Shown here in pieces: positions 1-14,635 of a DNA stretch of 64,000 nt. Each line of letters starts with the position of its first letter. The stretch's first letter is position 1. The stretch is from assembly GCF_009914755.1 (NCBI RefSeq), contig NC_060926.1; one strand, 5' to 3'. The notes beneath the pieces are model-generated. The model ran no database searches and was not told the origin of the DNA. It saw only the letters and a program-made list of their open reading frames with translations. The translations under genes were made by a program, and so were the position numbers. Source of the stretch: the human T2T-CHM13v2.0 reference genome, Homo sapiens.

Positions 1-29
1 CAGAAATCTCACTTCATTCTTGTCCTACC

Positions 30-160
30 TTTACCATATATTAGCTCTTGGGCCTTGGATAAACGGCTTAAATATCTCTTAGACCTTGATTTCCTGGTGT
101 TTAAAATAAAATAGGTGGAGAGACCTCTAAAATCCCCTTCTACTCTAAATTCTCTGACCC
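30..160 (+). mobile_element. MIR/MIR3-like SINE remnant
   Basis: Degenerate MIR core (ccttggataaacggcttaaatatctct...gatttcctggtgtttaaaat). Confidence 0.5.
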
Positions 161-309
161 TGAAAATGTCACCCATGATACAATCCTTGCCCTAATATAT
201 TTAACATGCCACCAACATTCCCCAATGCTTCTATAACTGTCCGCATGGGACATACATTTCAACCTTCTGAAATAGAAACATGACAAGATGTCTATCCTTT
301 GGGAGGTCA

Positions 310-451
310 TTTTATTTTTCTTTTTTTCTTTTTTATTATTATTATTATTATACTTTAAGTTTTAGGGTACATGTGCACAATGTGCAGGTTAGTTACATAT
401 GTATACATGTGACAGGCTGGTGGGCTGCACCCACTAACTCGTCATCTAGCA
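310..451 (-). mobile_element. Short 5'-truncated L1PA 3' end
   Basis: T-rich/(TAT)n tail followed by tactttaagttttagggtacatgtgcac...cactaactcgtcatctagc, the antisense L1PA 3' terminus. Confidence 0.85.
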
Positions 452-952
452 GAATTATTTTTTAATTTATAATAAATGATTCAAATATGTGATTGCATTT
501 TCTGTGCAGGCGATGATACAATCATCCTTCTGTTCTGTAACGTAAAATGCAGCAATGTCTTTTTAATTACATTAGTACCAAGAATTATAATTCAAACACA
601 AGCCAATGAAAATCTAGACAGGCTTATTCTTTACTCGTTAAAAAAAAGCAACAGCTGGGCTGCACTTACTTTTATGATCTCTATGGTTAATGTGTTTCTA
701 ATAATTATTATTGTACTTTTATTACTCATAAAAGCACTTTCTCTCTCAGAGGTCCACAAAGCAGTTTCTGCAAGTAAAATCTGTGGAAGAGATCACCCTG
801 CTATTAGCAAATAAACATATCTCAGACATCTTCACGTTAGCATTAAGTCTGGAGCATCACTCTCTGACTCAAAAATGTTTAACGAACACTGTCATAAAGC
901 TATTTAGTCAAAAGAAAGGGTTTCCCTCATCTCTTAGAAAAATGTATATATA

Positions 953-1415
953 TTTTTTGACACAGAGTTTTGTTCTTGTTGCCCAGGCTGGAGTGCAATG
1001 GTGCAATCTCGGCTCACCAAACCCTCCGCCTCCTAGGTTCAAGCAATTATCCTGCCTCAGCCTCCTGAGTAGCTGGGATTATAGGCATGCATCACCCTGC
1101 CCGGCTAATTTTGTTTTTTGTTTTTTTTTAAGTTCAAGAGATTTAATGTACCACCTGGTGACTGTAGTTAATGATGATGTATACTTGAAAATTGCTAAGA
1201 ACAAATTTTAAGTATATACTGTGGAATGAATAAATCAGACTAACATAAGCATTATGTCACATAGGTATCATTTTTTGTGGTAATTTTGTATTTTTAGTAG
1301 AGATGGGGTTTCTCCATGTTGGTCAGGCTGGTCTCAAACTCCCCACCTCAGGTGATCCACCCGCCTCAGCCTCCAAAAGTGCTGGGATTACAGGCGTGAG
1401 CCCCCGTGCCCGGCC
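953..1415 (-). mobile_element. AluS-type element interrupted in its A-rich linker by a ~166-bp insertion
   Basis: Right arm 953-1114 and left arm 1281-1415, with foreign sequence between duplicated taattttgt motifs. Confidence 0.9.
1115..1280 (-). pseudogene. Retroposed polyadenylated RNA 3' fragment (orphan transduction or truncated processed copy)
   Basis: Poly(A) on the minus strand (T run 1115-1129), ATTAAA about 12 nt upstream (tttaat 1142-1147), flanking duplication at 1106-1114 and 1281-1289. Confidence 0.65.
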
Positions 1416-3915
1416 CAAGAAAAATAATTTCTTATAATAAATTAGCCTCTTTTATCTGTAATAACACTTGCCACTGGTTTATCAAGTATTTCCCATCCAC
1501 TATCCCACTCTGCACCCCCTCTCACTGCTTTCTTCCCTAGTGAAAGGAGAAATTCCTCCAGAGTGCTGGCAGAGCTCTGGGCACCTAAGCTCACCACACA
1601 CTGAACAGAACGATTACAAAGTAACTGTATGTTCTGATGTCCTCCTTGAAAGCTGCAGTTTTGGTGCTGAAAAGGATGCAGGAAAGGTCTTTCCTTTGAT
1701 TCTTTGTGGGCTCCCTCGACTCCTCTCCCATCCTATTCCTTTCTTATAAGCCAACCAGGTCACAGTGCCTTTTCAATGTCTCATGAGGACCTTTGTGTTG
1801 CATTAATGATGTAGAGGAATGAGTTCTCAGGGAAGTGATGGGTGAGTGAAGATGACATCTTCTCTTGCACTTCTGTACATTCCCACTTCCGAATCTGAAG
1901 GGGAGTTCACTGATGCTTTCAAACCAACAGAGGAGAGCATCAAAGATCCATGGGTTCAAATTTTCCTGACCTACTTCTTTTTGAAATGATAAGGAAGAAC
2001 TGGCAATGCTGCTTAAAATATTCCCAAAGGGTTACTACAACTTTCTGGGTCACACAATCTGTGAGATGGCCTTAGATCAGAGAATATTTTCTCACTATTT
2101 TGTAAAACTAAATTCACCGTTTACTTTCCATGCTCCCATATTTAGCAAGTATCGAACTTAAAGTACAGATCTAACTCAAAACTCAGACAACTGGATTCCT
2201 ATCTTATTTCCGTTCTTTTATTTGTTTTTCTCGTCCCGTTGATAGACAGTTCCTGAGCATCCCATTTGGAAAGCACCATGCTAGTTGTTACGACAGTTAC
2301 TGAATGAACCAGGCACAGTCACTAATGTCGAAGAGCTCACCTTCCGAGATTCCAAAGGAGGTTCTCCATGATCTCACATCTGAGTCAGACATTTCTCTGG
2401 GCTCTCAGAAATGTACTTGCAAACCTCTCCCACAGCACACAACACACTGCTCTCTAATCTATGAGTTACTCATCCAGCACCCTGTCCCTGCGGCCTTGTA
2501 ACTGCTTCTCAGAGGCTATGTCTTGCTAGACCAGTATGTATCCTCCAGAGCCTAGAGGGTACCAGACACACAGCAGGTGCTCAATAACGTTGCAATGAAG
2601 GGAATGCAAAAAATAATGAATATAAAGACATATAAGCATAAATCAAAAGTCATGTGTTCCCACAACAGAAGGAAAATTCTACAGTACTTCAGAGGAGGGA
2701 CCTACTTCCCATTGGAGATTAGGGACAGCTTCTAGAAGCAGGAAGATTTTGAGCTGAGCCTGAAAAATAGTTGGGGAGGTGGAAGGGTAAGTGGTAGAGA
2801 CTCAGGGGGAGCAGGGCCAGTGAGGCAATAAGCATTCCAGATGGGGAACAGCATGAGCAAAACCACAGAGATTTGAGGGTGGAACTGGGGGTGCAGGGGT
2901 TGTGAGAGGGGCTGGGGTCAGACACTGAAGTAGCTGCTCATACATCAGCTATGGTGTGTGTGTCACTCAGTGAGTGAACCTGGAAATAGACAAGCCCAAG
3001 AAATGATAATTTACAGGGAGCCCTAAAAAGGAGGCACATGGTTTCGGAACAGGAGAAAATAGATATGAGGCAGACATGGACCTGAAAGGACAGTGTCTCC
3101 CAACTTGGCCACATGGGCTATAGAACAAGGACAGTGGGTATTATCAAGCAATGGACAAAGTAACTGGTTCGAGTCATTGATCATTTCCAATAAACCAAAC
3201 CCAACTGAAAGAACTCAGTTGTAGGTAGGAAGAGTAGGACTTCCCAGAGCTTGAGCCTTCAAATTCCAAAGGTAGGAAGAGATGTCACAGAAGTCAGGAC
3301 TCGTCAGGGGCCAGAAATGCAAGAGCTTCTCTCAGAGATAGGCCCACCCCTGGGCTCTAGAAGGTTTGAAAATGATGCCAGCTCAATTGTCTCTCAAAAC
3401 AACGTCTCAGTAGTCAGCTCTGGTATCCGATCCTAATAGATTAAGGATGGTGGGTTCCTAAGGCAAGAGACAGTGAGGTTTCTAGGGAGTCTTCTCAGAG
3501 TGGAGGCCTGATCCCATTTACCTATCAACATAGGCCAGAGCCAATCAACAGGAAAACTATGGGATTGTTATTGAACCATTATATCACTGCCTAGCATTTA
3601 TCTTTATTACTAACTCCATGTGGACTTGAAATGATTAACAACATAATCCTTGGATGAAAAGATGTTGTGCCTATCCTTTAGGGAGTCAGCAGGAAGGGGG
3701 AGATGAGAAGCATTTTTCTGAGGCCTCTGTTTTCAGAATTGTTGTCCACAATCTGCTCTGGCATCAGAATCACCCTGCTGCCCAATAAAAGGCATCCACA
3801 GCTGAGCAAAGGACCTGGAATATGACTTTTTGCCAGGGGAAAACCTAACGTTGGGGGAAAGGGATTCAACTGGGTAGAAAGGGGGCAATAGGGAATTAGA
3901 AGAAGAAGAGAATCT

Positions 3916-4415
3916 TGTGGTGGTTAATTTTATGTATCAACTTGGCTGTGCCACAGTGCCCAGATATTTGGTCAAACATCATTCTGGATGTTTCTGTGAA
4001 GGTGTTTTTGGATGAGGTTTACACTGAAATCAGTAAGTTTAATATATCTAGTGTTCCATTATTGGAACGCTAAGCCTGTGGGAGTTATTTATATCCTACT
4101 GCTCAAGGTCATTGCCAAGGTCTGATTATTCACTCATACAAAAATTCAAAAAAATTGTATCCTCCAGCATAAATGGGCTAAGAAAAGCAGATAAGCAGAT
4201 TGCCCTTCATAATGTGAGTGGCCTCATCCAATCAGTTAAAGACCCAAAGAGAACAAAAGCCTGACCTCCACTATGCAAGATGGGATTCTGCATGCAGACA
4301 GCTTTTGGACTCAAACTGCAACTCTTTCCTGAGTCTCCAGTCTATAGGCCTCCCCCATTAGATATTGCACTTGCCAAGACTCCACAATTGCATGAGCCAG
4401 TTCCTTAAAACAAAT
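3916..4415 (+). mobile_element. MLT2-family (ERVL) LTR, interrupted by MER85
   Basis: Starts tgtggtggttaattttatgtatcaacttggct...; resumes aagcagattgcccttcataatgtg after the insert; ends ...agccagttccttaaaacaaatc before an AT microsatellite, as is typical for MLT2. Confidence 0.8.
4043..4177 (+). mobile_element. MER85 piggyBac (PGBD3-derived) MITE
   Basis: ctagtGTTCCATTATTGGAACgctaagc...tgggagttatttatatcctactgctcaaggtcat...gcataaatggg; TTAA at 4039-4042 and ctaa at 4178-4181; left terminal inverted repeat partly lost. Confidence 0.88.
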
Positions 4416-4416
4416 C

Positions 4417-4590
4417 ATATATATATATGTGATTATATATAATTTATATTTATATTTATTTATATGTATATATAAATTATATTTATATTTATATTTATAA
4501 ATTATATTTATATTTATATATACTTTATATTTATATTTATATATTAATTATATACAATCTATATTATATAATTAATATATAATATATATA
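4417..4590. repeat. AT-rich (TA/TTTATA)n low-complexity tract
   Basis: Almost pure A/T with repeated tttata and tata units. Confidence 0.9.
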
Positions 4591-5687
4591 ATCGCCATCC
4601 AATGTTCCTGTTCCTCCAAATACAAATTTCTTGACCTAGAGAGACATAGTCCATGGAATCTAATTTGGATCTAAAGAAGAATTAAGGCCTAAACCAACCA
4701 AGAGCCCCGTGCTGATGCCCTGACACTCACCTGTGAGGTAATTAAGGAGTCAATCACCAATAGGCCGCAGCTGGTAGCCTAACAACCTTGATGAACAAGT
4801 TCAGAGAGAGATCTAAAGCTTTTTTTAAGCAGAAGGAAAGATCAGAATCAACCCTTGGTAACACGAAAGCAGTTTTCAAGAACAGAGAGCTCCTTGCGAT
4901 GTTGAAGTAAACATTTATAAAGACCTTCCCCCAAATACTGCAATATCAAGAACAGCAAGCTTGAGCTTTATCACAAACCACCCATCAGCTCGGGATTGTG
5001 AAATACGCCCTCGCCCAAGTGCCTCTGACAGAAAAGAAATGAGTTCCATTACCAAATGAAAGCGGGGTGGAAATAACAGAATTGCTTTTATTTTGATGGA
5101 TGATCTAATAAAAAGACATAAAAATGATGAGAAACAATAAAATTAAATCACAAAATACAGTTCTATTTGTTTTGTGCTATGGAGTGGATTCTTACATTGG
5201 GTGGAAGGTTGGACTATATAACTTCTAATTTTAGGAAACAGTAAAAAGAAAAAAACGTGATGACAACAGTCTTTCATTGCTAGAAAGCTACTTCTAAGAC
5301 ACTGAAACAGCCATTGCAACAATCATAAAAAGTCACAGGAACCCAAGTAGGCAAAAAAAAAAAAAAAAAAAGATTTTCCATTCCCTCTGTTCCTGCCTTA
5401 GGGAGTTCAAGTCCCCCCAGACATTTCTCTCCAACTTAACAGTGTGCGCCAAGGTGGTGCGTCTTAGAATGAAATGGACGTGGTCATTCCAGCCTAATCA
5501 TTTGCTTAGAGTCACTGAGGGGTAATAATAATGGCTCAGATAAGATTATTGCCACAGTTTCCTTAAATTCACTGAAGGGCAATACAGAATCAATGACAGC
5601 CGAGGCTCTACTAGAAACACCTGAGGTGGAACTGGGAGGCAACACGGAAGGAGGAGGTGTTAGCTCAGAGGCACCAGAAGCTCTTCA

Positions 5688-5762
5688 AAAACCTGCACGT
5701 TGTGCACATGTACCCTAAAACTTAAAGTATTAAAAAAAAAAGAAGAAGAAGAACAAGAAGAA
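5688..5762 (+). mobile_element. Very short L1PA 3' end with A/GAA tail
   Basis: aaacctgcacgttgtgcacatgtaccctaaaacttaaagtat plus A-rich tail; agaagct occurs on both sides (possible target-site duplication). Confidence 0.85.
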
Positions 5763-7104
5763 GCTGCTACCCCTGATGGAGATGCGCTGCCTCTGAAAGG
5801 ATCTGCTAAAACTGATTTGGATTCTTCACCACGGCTTTTGATTCGCTTTTTTTCACATTTGACAAGGCTGGCCAAGTTACCTGCCCGGTGCTAAACACCT
5901 ACCTCTATTGCCTTTTCAATGAGTCCATTTGAAGCTTCCAGGCAGAGCCTTCTAGCTAGAGCTTACCTGCAGAGAAGCCCACAACACACATACATTAAAG
6001 TAACATGACGACCGCCTTACGGAATCAACGTTTCTCCAGAAGGGCCACCCGTAATAAAAGAAAGCTCACAATGAATCTCACCACTTTATCAATCAAAAAT
6101 TCTGGTTCCTCTTACAGGACATTTCTCTCGTGCCAATATTAACTTTTTCAGAGCTAATCAGACCTCAAAATTATTCACTGGGAAGCCTGAGAAGGCCTGG
6201 GGGAAGATCTGTGTGTCTCCTCCTCCTCCCCGAAGGCTCACTCAGAAGGCAGGAAGGCCTGCCCCTCCTCCACCCCCTGCCAGTGGCTTTTCTTAGTCTC
6301 TCACCCTTCCTCTCTTCTGGCACCTCCTTATCAAATACGTTCTCCCATAGACAAGTCCTGCATATGAAAAAGAAATTATATTGAAATGTGAGCTGACTGA
6401 AGAGTTAACTATGACAAAACTGAGTATTGATGCCTGCTCTTTCTTCCGTTACCTAACTATGCATCTTTCCAATTCTTGCCCCTTTTGCTTCTCTATAAAA
6501 TTCCTCCTATTAGTCTCATCTCCATAGCAGCATCGACCATCATCTCTAATCAGAAAATTCACAACTATACACACACGCCACCCCACTTGCCCTTACCCTC
6601 AAACCTCACATTTTCCTATACTTAATTCTAAAAATTGAATTAAAATTAAAAAAGAAAAAAAATATGTTCTCCTTAGCCTCCTCTTCTTTTCTCCAGTTAT
6701 TTTACCCCTCCCTAGCCATGACTCTCATAGAAGAACACTGAGTGTCCTTCACATTTTTTTCCCATAAAGTATGTTGATACATGAGGTTTCTCCTCGGGAA
6801 GAAGAGCAGACTGGTCCAAAGTGGCATAGACAGGAGGGCACAGGATGTAAAGGGCAGGCTTGGCCTCCTGGAAGGAGCCTCCTGGCTCTGCACCTCCTGG
6901 CCTCACTCTAGTGGCTCACCTCACTCCCAGAAGCAGGGAGAGTTTGGGCTTCAGTTTCCATTTGTGTTCTTTTTCAAAGATTTAGCAGAAATGATTACTT
7001 TCACTATGCTTTCGGGTTCCTGACCACATTCTGCCTCCTCCAAGGAATATCCTACAGAAAAATGTTATATATCTATTTATTAATTTTTATTAAATATATT
7101 TATA

Positions 7105-7409
<305 letters not shown>

Positions 7410-7868
7410 GGAAAATGCTATATTTAAGCAGCTGCAATATTACAGCTAACAGGAAAGTCACAGGTTTTCTAAGATGACAAGAACAGTACTTGAAAGCTTC
7501 TGCCAATATTCCTTCTGTTAGTCCCCCTCCTCACACTTATCAAAGTCCACTAGTACCCAATGTGCTGACGTTCTCACAAGAAGGCATCACCAAAGAAAAC
7601 CTACCTGTGCTACCCTCAAAATCTCAAACAAACCATGCTCTTTTGGGGTTTGGGAATCCACTGTCACTGAACATTAACTCCAATAGAAATATGTGTATAA
7701 CTAGAGACAAAAATAAAGAAAAGGTGCTGGAGATGGATGTAGTGAGTGGTGAGGGGAATAGATGTCCCCTAATGGAACAGGCCCCCCTTGTAAGGTATGA
7801 AGTCTTCCTTGTTAGAGATCTTCAGGTGGACCCTGGATCCACCTGCAAAATATTTTAAGGAAGCTCTA

Positions 7869-8156
7869 GGCCAGGTGCAGTGGCTCACACCTGTAATCCC
7901 AACACTTTGGGAGGCTGAGGCAGGGAGATCACTTGAGGTCAGGAGTTTGAGACCAGCCTGGCCAACATGGTGAAACCCCGTCTCTACTAAAAATACAAAA
8001 ATTAGCTGGACACAGCGGCACATGCCTGTAATCCCAGCTACTTGGGAGGCTGAGGCAGGAGAAACGCTTGAACCCAGAAGGTGAGGTTGCAGTGAGCCGA
8101 GATCGCGCCACTGCACTCCAGCCTGGGTGACACAGCAAGACTCCATCTCAAAAAAT
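7869..8156 (+). mobile_element. Alu (S-type)
   Basis: ggccaggtgcagtggctcac...gactccatctcaaaaaa. Confidence 0.95.
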
Positions 8157-9029
8157 ATATATATTTTAAAAGAGTTCTATACTGATGAACTTTGACCTCA
8201 GTGACTGCTGTGGTCCTTTGTTCATCTGACTCCCAAACTGCTGCCTGGAAACAGAAAACAGGAGGCAGAGGAGGAAGCTGTACTCGGGCCTTGCCCCCAT
8301 GCCCTGGCCACATCTGCTGAAGAAAAAGTGGAACAGGGCTCAGGGTTCCCATAGTGTTTCTGATGCCGGCTCCACAAAGAGCAAAGTTAATGTGTCATCT
8401 CATCCATGCCTCTTCTCGGTTTCTTCTCTTACTTTTCTCTGACGTCTGTAACTCTATTATCATAGCCAGGGAAATGCGAAGACTAAGGAGGAAATTACCA
8501 CATTGGCACACAACAGTCCCCAAAACGGGTAAGTGAATGACTGTGTTTACCTTTTGTTTCTTCCATTTCTCTTGATTGTACTACTGGATATAATGACCAC
8601 TACTTCTCACAAAATCTCTACTTTATACCAAAGCAAGAGGATCTATCACTACACAAATGCATTACAATTACTTTGAAAATCATATGGAGATTTAAATATC
8701 TATATGTTGCATACTGGCATATAATTGAAGCTGTACATTCTGAGGACCTCTTTAGCAAATGCACCTGTTTTCTTCCCTTCCACTCTTGCTAATGTATACA
8801 GTGCACTTTCCCCATCCCAGTGGTTTTAATTCCATTCATATTCAGATGAGTCCCAAACTGAAATCTTCAGTCCTGATGTCTCTAAATACTCATGTCCTAT
8901 GTCCAACCACCATTCAGTTTTAAAACTACTCCGTTAAGTTTATGAGCAAGGAATTTAATTGGGCTGAAACGGGGCAACAAGGAATTAGAAAATAGAGAGA
9001 ATCTTCTAATAGTTAAATTTTATCTATCA

Positions 9030-9322
9030 GGCTGGGCACAGTGGCTCATGCCTGTAATCTCAGCACTGTGGGAGGCCAAGGCGGGGGGATGGCTGGAGGC
9101 CAGGAGTTCCAGACCAGCCTGGCCAACATGGCAAAACCCCATCTCTACTAAAAATACAAAAATTAGCAGGGCATGGTGGTGTGTGCCTGTGGTCCCAGCT
9201 ACTCAGGAGGCTGAAACAGGAGAATCACTTGAACCCAGGAGCCAGAGGTTGCGGTAAGCCGAGATCACACCACTGCACTCCAGCCTGGGCAACAGAGCGA
9301 GACCCCATCTCAAAAACAAAAA
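9030..9322 (+). mobile_element. Alu (S-type)
   Basis: Full dimer; degenerate target-site duplication aattttatctatca / aatgtatatatca. Confidence 0.95.
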
Positions 9323-9346
9323 GAATGTATATATCAACTTGGCTTG

Positions 9347-9362
9347 AGACAGACAGATAGAC

Positions 9363-9409
<47 letters not shown>

Positions 9410-9421
9410 TAGATAGATAGA
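9347..9421. repeat. Compound (GATA)n/(GACA)n tetranucleotide microsatellite
   Basis: agacagacagatagacagatagatag..., about 100 nt into intron 5. Confidence 0.95.
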
Positions 9422-9522
9422 GCAAGGATGAAAGGGGTAAGAACACACACATACTTATGTATTTATTCAGGTAAATATTCATGTAAATATGTGTATTTAC
9501 AAGCTACCAGGCATCCCCTTAC

Positions 9523-9668
9523 CTCTGACGGCTTCGTGGTGCATTTTCCTTTTCCTGAACACTCCAAGTCATTTGCGTGACTCTCCCCCGGCACACAGGT
9601 GCTGACCTTCACCACCAGAGTTAAGCGCAAAGCCACAATAGACTTAGTCACAGAATCATTCACAAAAC
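9523..9668 (-). CDS. DNER: DNER coding exon 5 (146 nt), start of the next EGF-like repeat
   Basis: Acceptor tttcttttag|GT, donor GAG|gtaagg; translates (G)FVNDSVTKSIVALRLTLVVKVSTCVPGESHANDLECSGKGKCTTKPSE (within track ORF 9463..9687). Confidence 0.97.
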
Positions 9669-10879
9669 CTAAAAGAAAATGAGGCAAAAGGAAATTGTCA
9701 AGTGTCTCCTCTTTAAAGGCAGTGTGTTGAAAGCTTTACCAACAGCCTTTCTACAAGACTATGAATTTAGTGTAGGCAGCACTCAAGTCTGACAAAACAA
9801 AATGCAGTGAGGCAAGGGAATAAAGCACATGGCCACCATCCACTGAGACCTCAGGACTTTAGGGCAGGCTGGTCCTCCCAAGCCTCATAAGAAACACCTA
9901 AGGCCAAGCAAAATCAGCACCAGGCACTTGAGCAACCACCTCAGATCCTTTCGCTTTGCTCCCGCCCTTGCCCTCTGGGGGCTGCTTTGTCTCTCAATCC
10001 CATCCCTGTGCTGGCGTCTTAGAATTCAGTTTCTGCTTTGGAACCCCAGTCTTCTACCAGGGAGCAGCTTACCTGCATTACCCAAGTCCTCCTCCTCCTG
10101 GCTACTTTGGAGTCACAAATGCTGGAAATCCTCAAAGGCCCCACCCAGTTATCACCTGCCCTAGTCTCGGTCCCCTTGGAGTAGGCATGCAGCATGGGTA
10201 CAAATTCTCTGTTGGGTTTATTGATCATTGATAAGATATGCATCTTACTTGATCACCAATCTGACTCCACAGTATCAAGTTAAGCCATACAGTTTTAGCC
10301 ATCTAATAAAATGGGACTAATCATAGTTGAATATGGATTGCAGTATCATTGACACACCGTATTTGTCATTGAATGATCTTTATGTCCTAGAGCAGCTATT
10401 CATACATAGTAGGTAGCAATAAATATGGAATAAATTGATGAATAAATATAGCCTCTAACTGGAAAGGAGAAATAAATATTATAAGTATTTTTGCATCAAG
10501 GATTAAATTATTTTCACTAAGTGAGCATTTTTTTCTAATATGAACATTCATTTGTATCTAATTTTTAATTTTAAAACAAAATATCGAAATTAATGAATAT
10601 GATTTTAAAAAGTTTCCTCAGCTCTGTCAAGAGTAAAAGTTAAAAAGCCTCATCATTACAAAGCCACATTCATAGATAGTTTTACAACAAAAGATTTGTA
10701 AGACCAAGGGGACTACTAGGAGTCAGTGGGGAAAAGAGAGAGAAAAGAATTGATTCTAGGGCAACTGAAATGAGTTCCATTATCAGGAAAAAGAGTAGGT
10801 TTGGATCCCTCACACCTCACACTATACAAAAGTAAATCTAGATGGCTTAAAGAGCTAAATACGAATTAAAACCTTTAAA

Positions 10880-11347
10880 GTGGCACTATTCACAATAGCA
10901 AAGACTTGGAACCAAACCAAATGTCCATCAATGATAGACTGGATTAAGAAAATGTGACACATATACACCGTGGAATACCATGCAGCCATAAAAAAGGATG
11001 AGTTCATGTCCTTTGCAGGGACATGGATGAAGCTGGAAACCATCATTCTCAGCAAACTATCACAAGATCAGAAAACCAAACACCACATGTTCTCACTTAT
11101 AGGTGAGAGTTGAACAATGAGGACACATGGACACAGGGAGGGGAACATCACACACTGGGGCCTGTCAGGGGCGGGGGTGAGTAGGGGAGGGACAGCATTA
11201 GGAGAAATACCTAATGTAGGTGGTGGGTTGATGGGTGCAGCAAACCACCAGGGCATGTGTATACCTATGTAACCAAACTGCACGTTCTGCACATGTAACC
11301 CACAACTTAAAGTATAATAAAAAATATATAAAAAACAAACAAACAAA
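10880..11347 (+). mobile_element. 5'-truncated L1PA 3' end nested in an older L1M fragment
   Basis: End of ORF2 and 3'UTR with G-rich tract and A tail; exact duplication aaaacctttaaa at 10868-10879 and 11348-11359; degenerate L1M-like sequence on both sides (~10720-11830). Confidence 0.92.
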
Positions 11348-11885
11348 AAAACCTTTAAAACTTCAAGTGGAAAATATAGGGGGCTATTTCATTGATCTAA
11401 AGATAGGGGATTTATTAAACAAGGGCAAAATAATAACCATAAAGAACAATCAATTTAACTTTACCCGATTTTAAATTATATGTACATAGCTACCATAAAA
11501 AAAGACAGTAGACAAGACACAGGCTTGAAAATGAAATTTATAATGCATAAAACCAGCAAATGCTTAGCTGCCAGAATATATGGAGAATTTTTTTGGCAAA
11601 CTGCTTTTTTCTCAACGTTATTTATACTTATATAAATATTGAAATCTATGAAGCATTAAGAAACGCTGTTACGCATATGTATACATACAGTAAAAGTATA
11701 CCAAGATGCATGGAAAGAAACACACCAAATTCAGGAAAAGGATCCGGGGAAATAGGGGTAGCCAGGGAGATGGAGCTTCTGACCACCTATATAATATTTT
11801 ATTTATGTATTAATAATACATAGAGCAAATACCACAAAACACTTATTCGATCTTGTGTACAAAAAAATTATATTCATTTCCATAC

Positions 11886-12868
<983 letters not shown>

Positions 12869-13070
12869 AATTTTATGCATATTTTAAATATTGTGTAACC
12901 AAGTTTTTTATTTCGATTATCATAGTTCAGGCATCACAACTTCAAACAGGCTTTAACAGGTTAGGAAAATATTAGTATCCAGAAATCTAGAATACACAGT
13001 CCCAAAATGACTTTGTGGTCACCTTCTCTAGACGTTTCCTCACAATTTGTTCTTATAAGTACGTTAAGTT

Positions 13071-13378
13071 GGCCGGGCGCAGTGGCTCATGCCTGTAATC
13101 TCAGCACTTTTGGAGGCCAAGGCAGGTGGATCATGAGGTCGGGAGATCGAGACCATCCTGGTCAACATGGAGAAACCCTGTCTCTAATGAAATACAAAAA
13201 AATTAGCCAGGCATGGTGGTGTGTGACTGTAGTCCCAGCTACTCGGGAGGCTGAGGCAGGGGAATCGCTTGAACCGGGAGGCGGAGGTTGCAGTGAGCCG
13301 AGATTGCACCACTGCGCTCCAGTCTGGCGACAGAGCGAGACTCTGTCTCAAAAAATAAATAAATAAATAAATAAATAA
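13071..13378 (+). mobile_element. Alu (Sc-like) with (TAAA)n tail
   Basis: Sense Alu dimer; ataagta on both flanks. Confidence 0.95.
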
Positions 13379-13836
13379 GTATATTGCATTAAAAAGTAAT
13401 AATTAACTGGATAGAAACAGAGCCCACGTTGGTTCACCTTGCCTGCATGGTACCTAGCATCACCTCATTAACTGATGGTCACTTGAGAACATGCTGCTTC
13501 TATTGACAACAAATTAGCAAAACTTCCCAAATATTTTCAATGTTCTCAATGTTGAAGTCCTTGCACACTAAGGTGTTGCACACTCCTAAAGCCTGTTTTC
13601 ACAGGTTTACTCAAAGTATTGCTTGACACAGGTTCACTTTTCATACTTTTAAAGAGAAGGATATTTTGAGAAATTTGGCTTAAAAAGTCAGGACAGACTT
13701 CCTACATTGTTTCATTTTTCATACTTCTTTTAAAAGTTTTCATAAATGTAAGACTTCTCTCATGGCCTCTCAGCTATTTCTGTTTGTCTTTTCTGTTTGT
13801 TTATTATCTTTGGGGAAAGATATAAAAATGATATCA

Positions 13837-14635
<799 letters not shown>

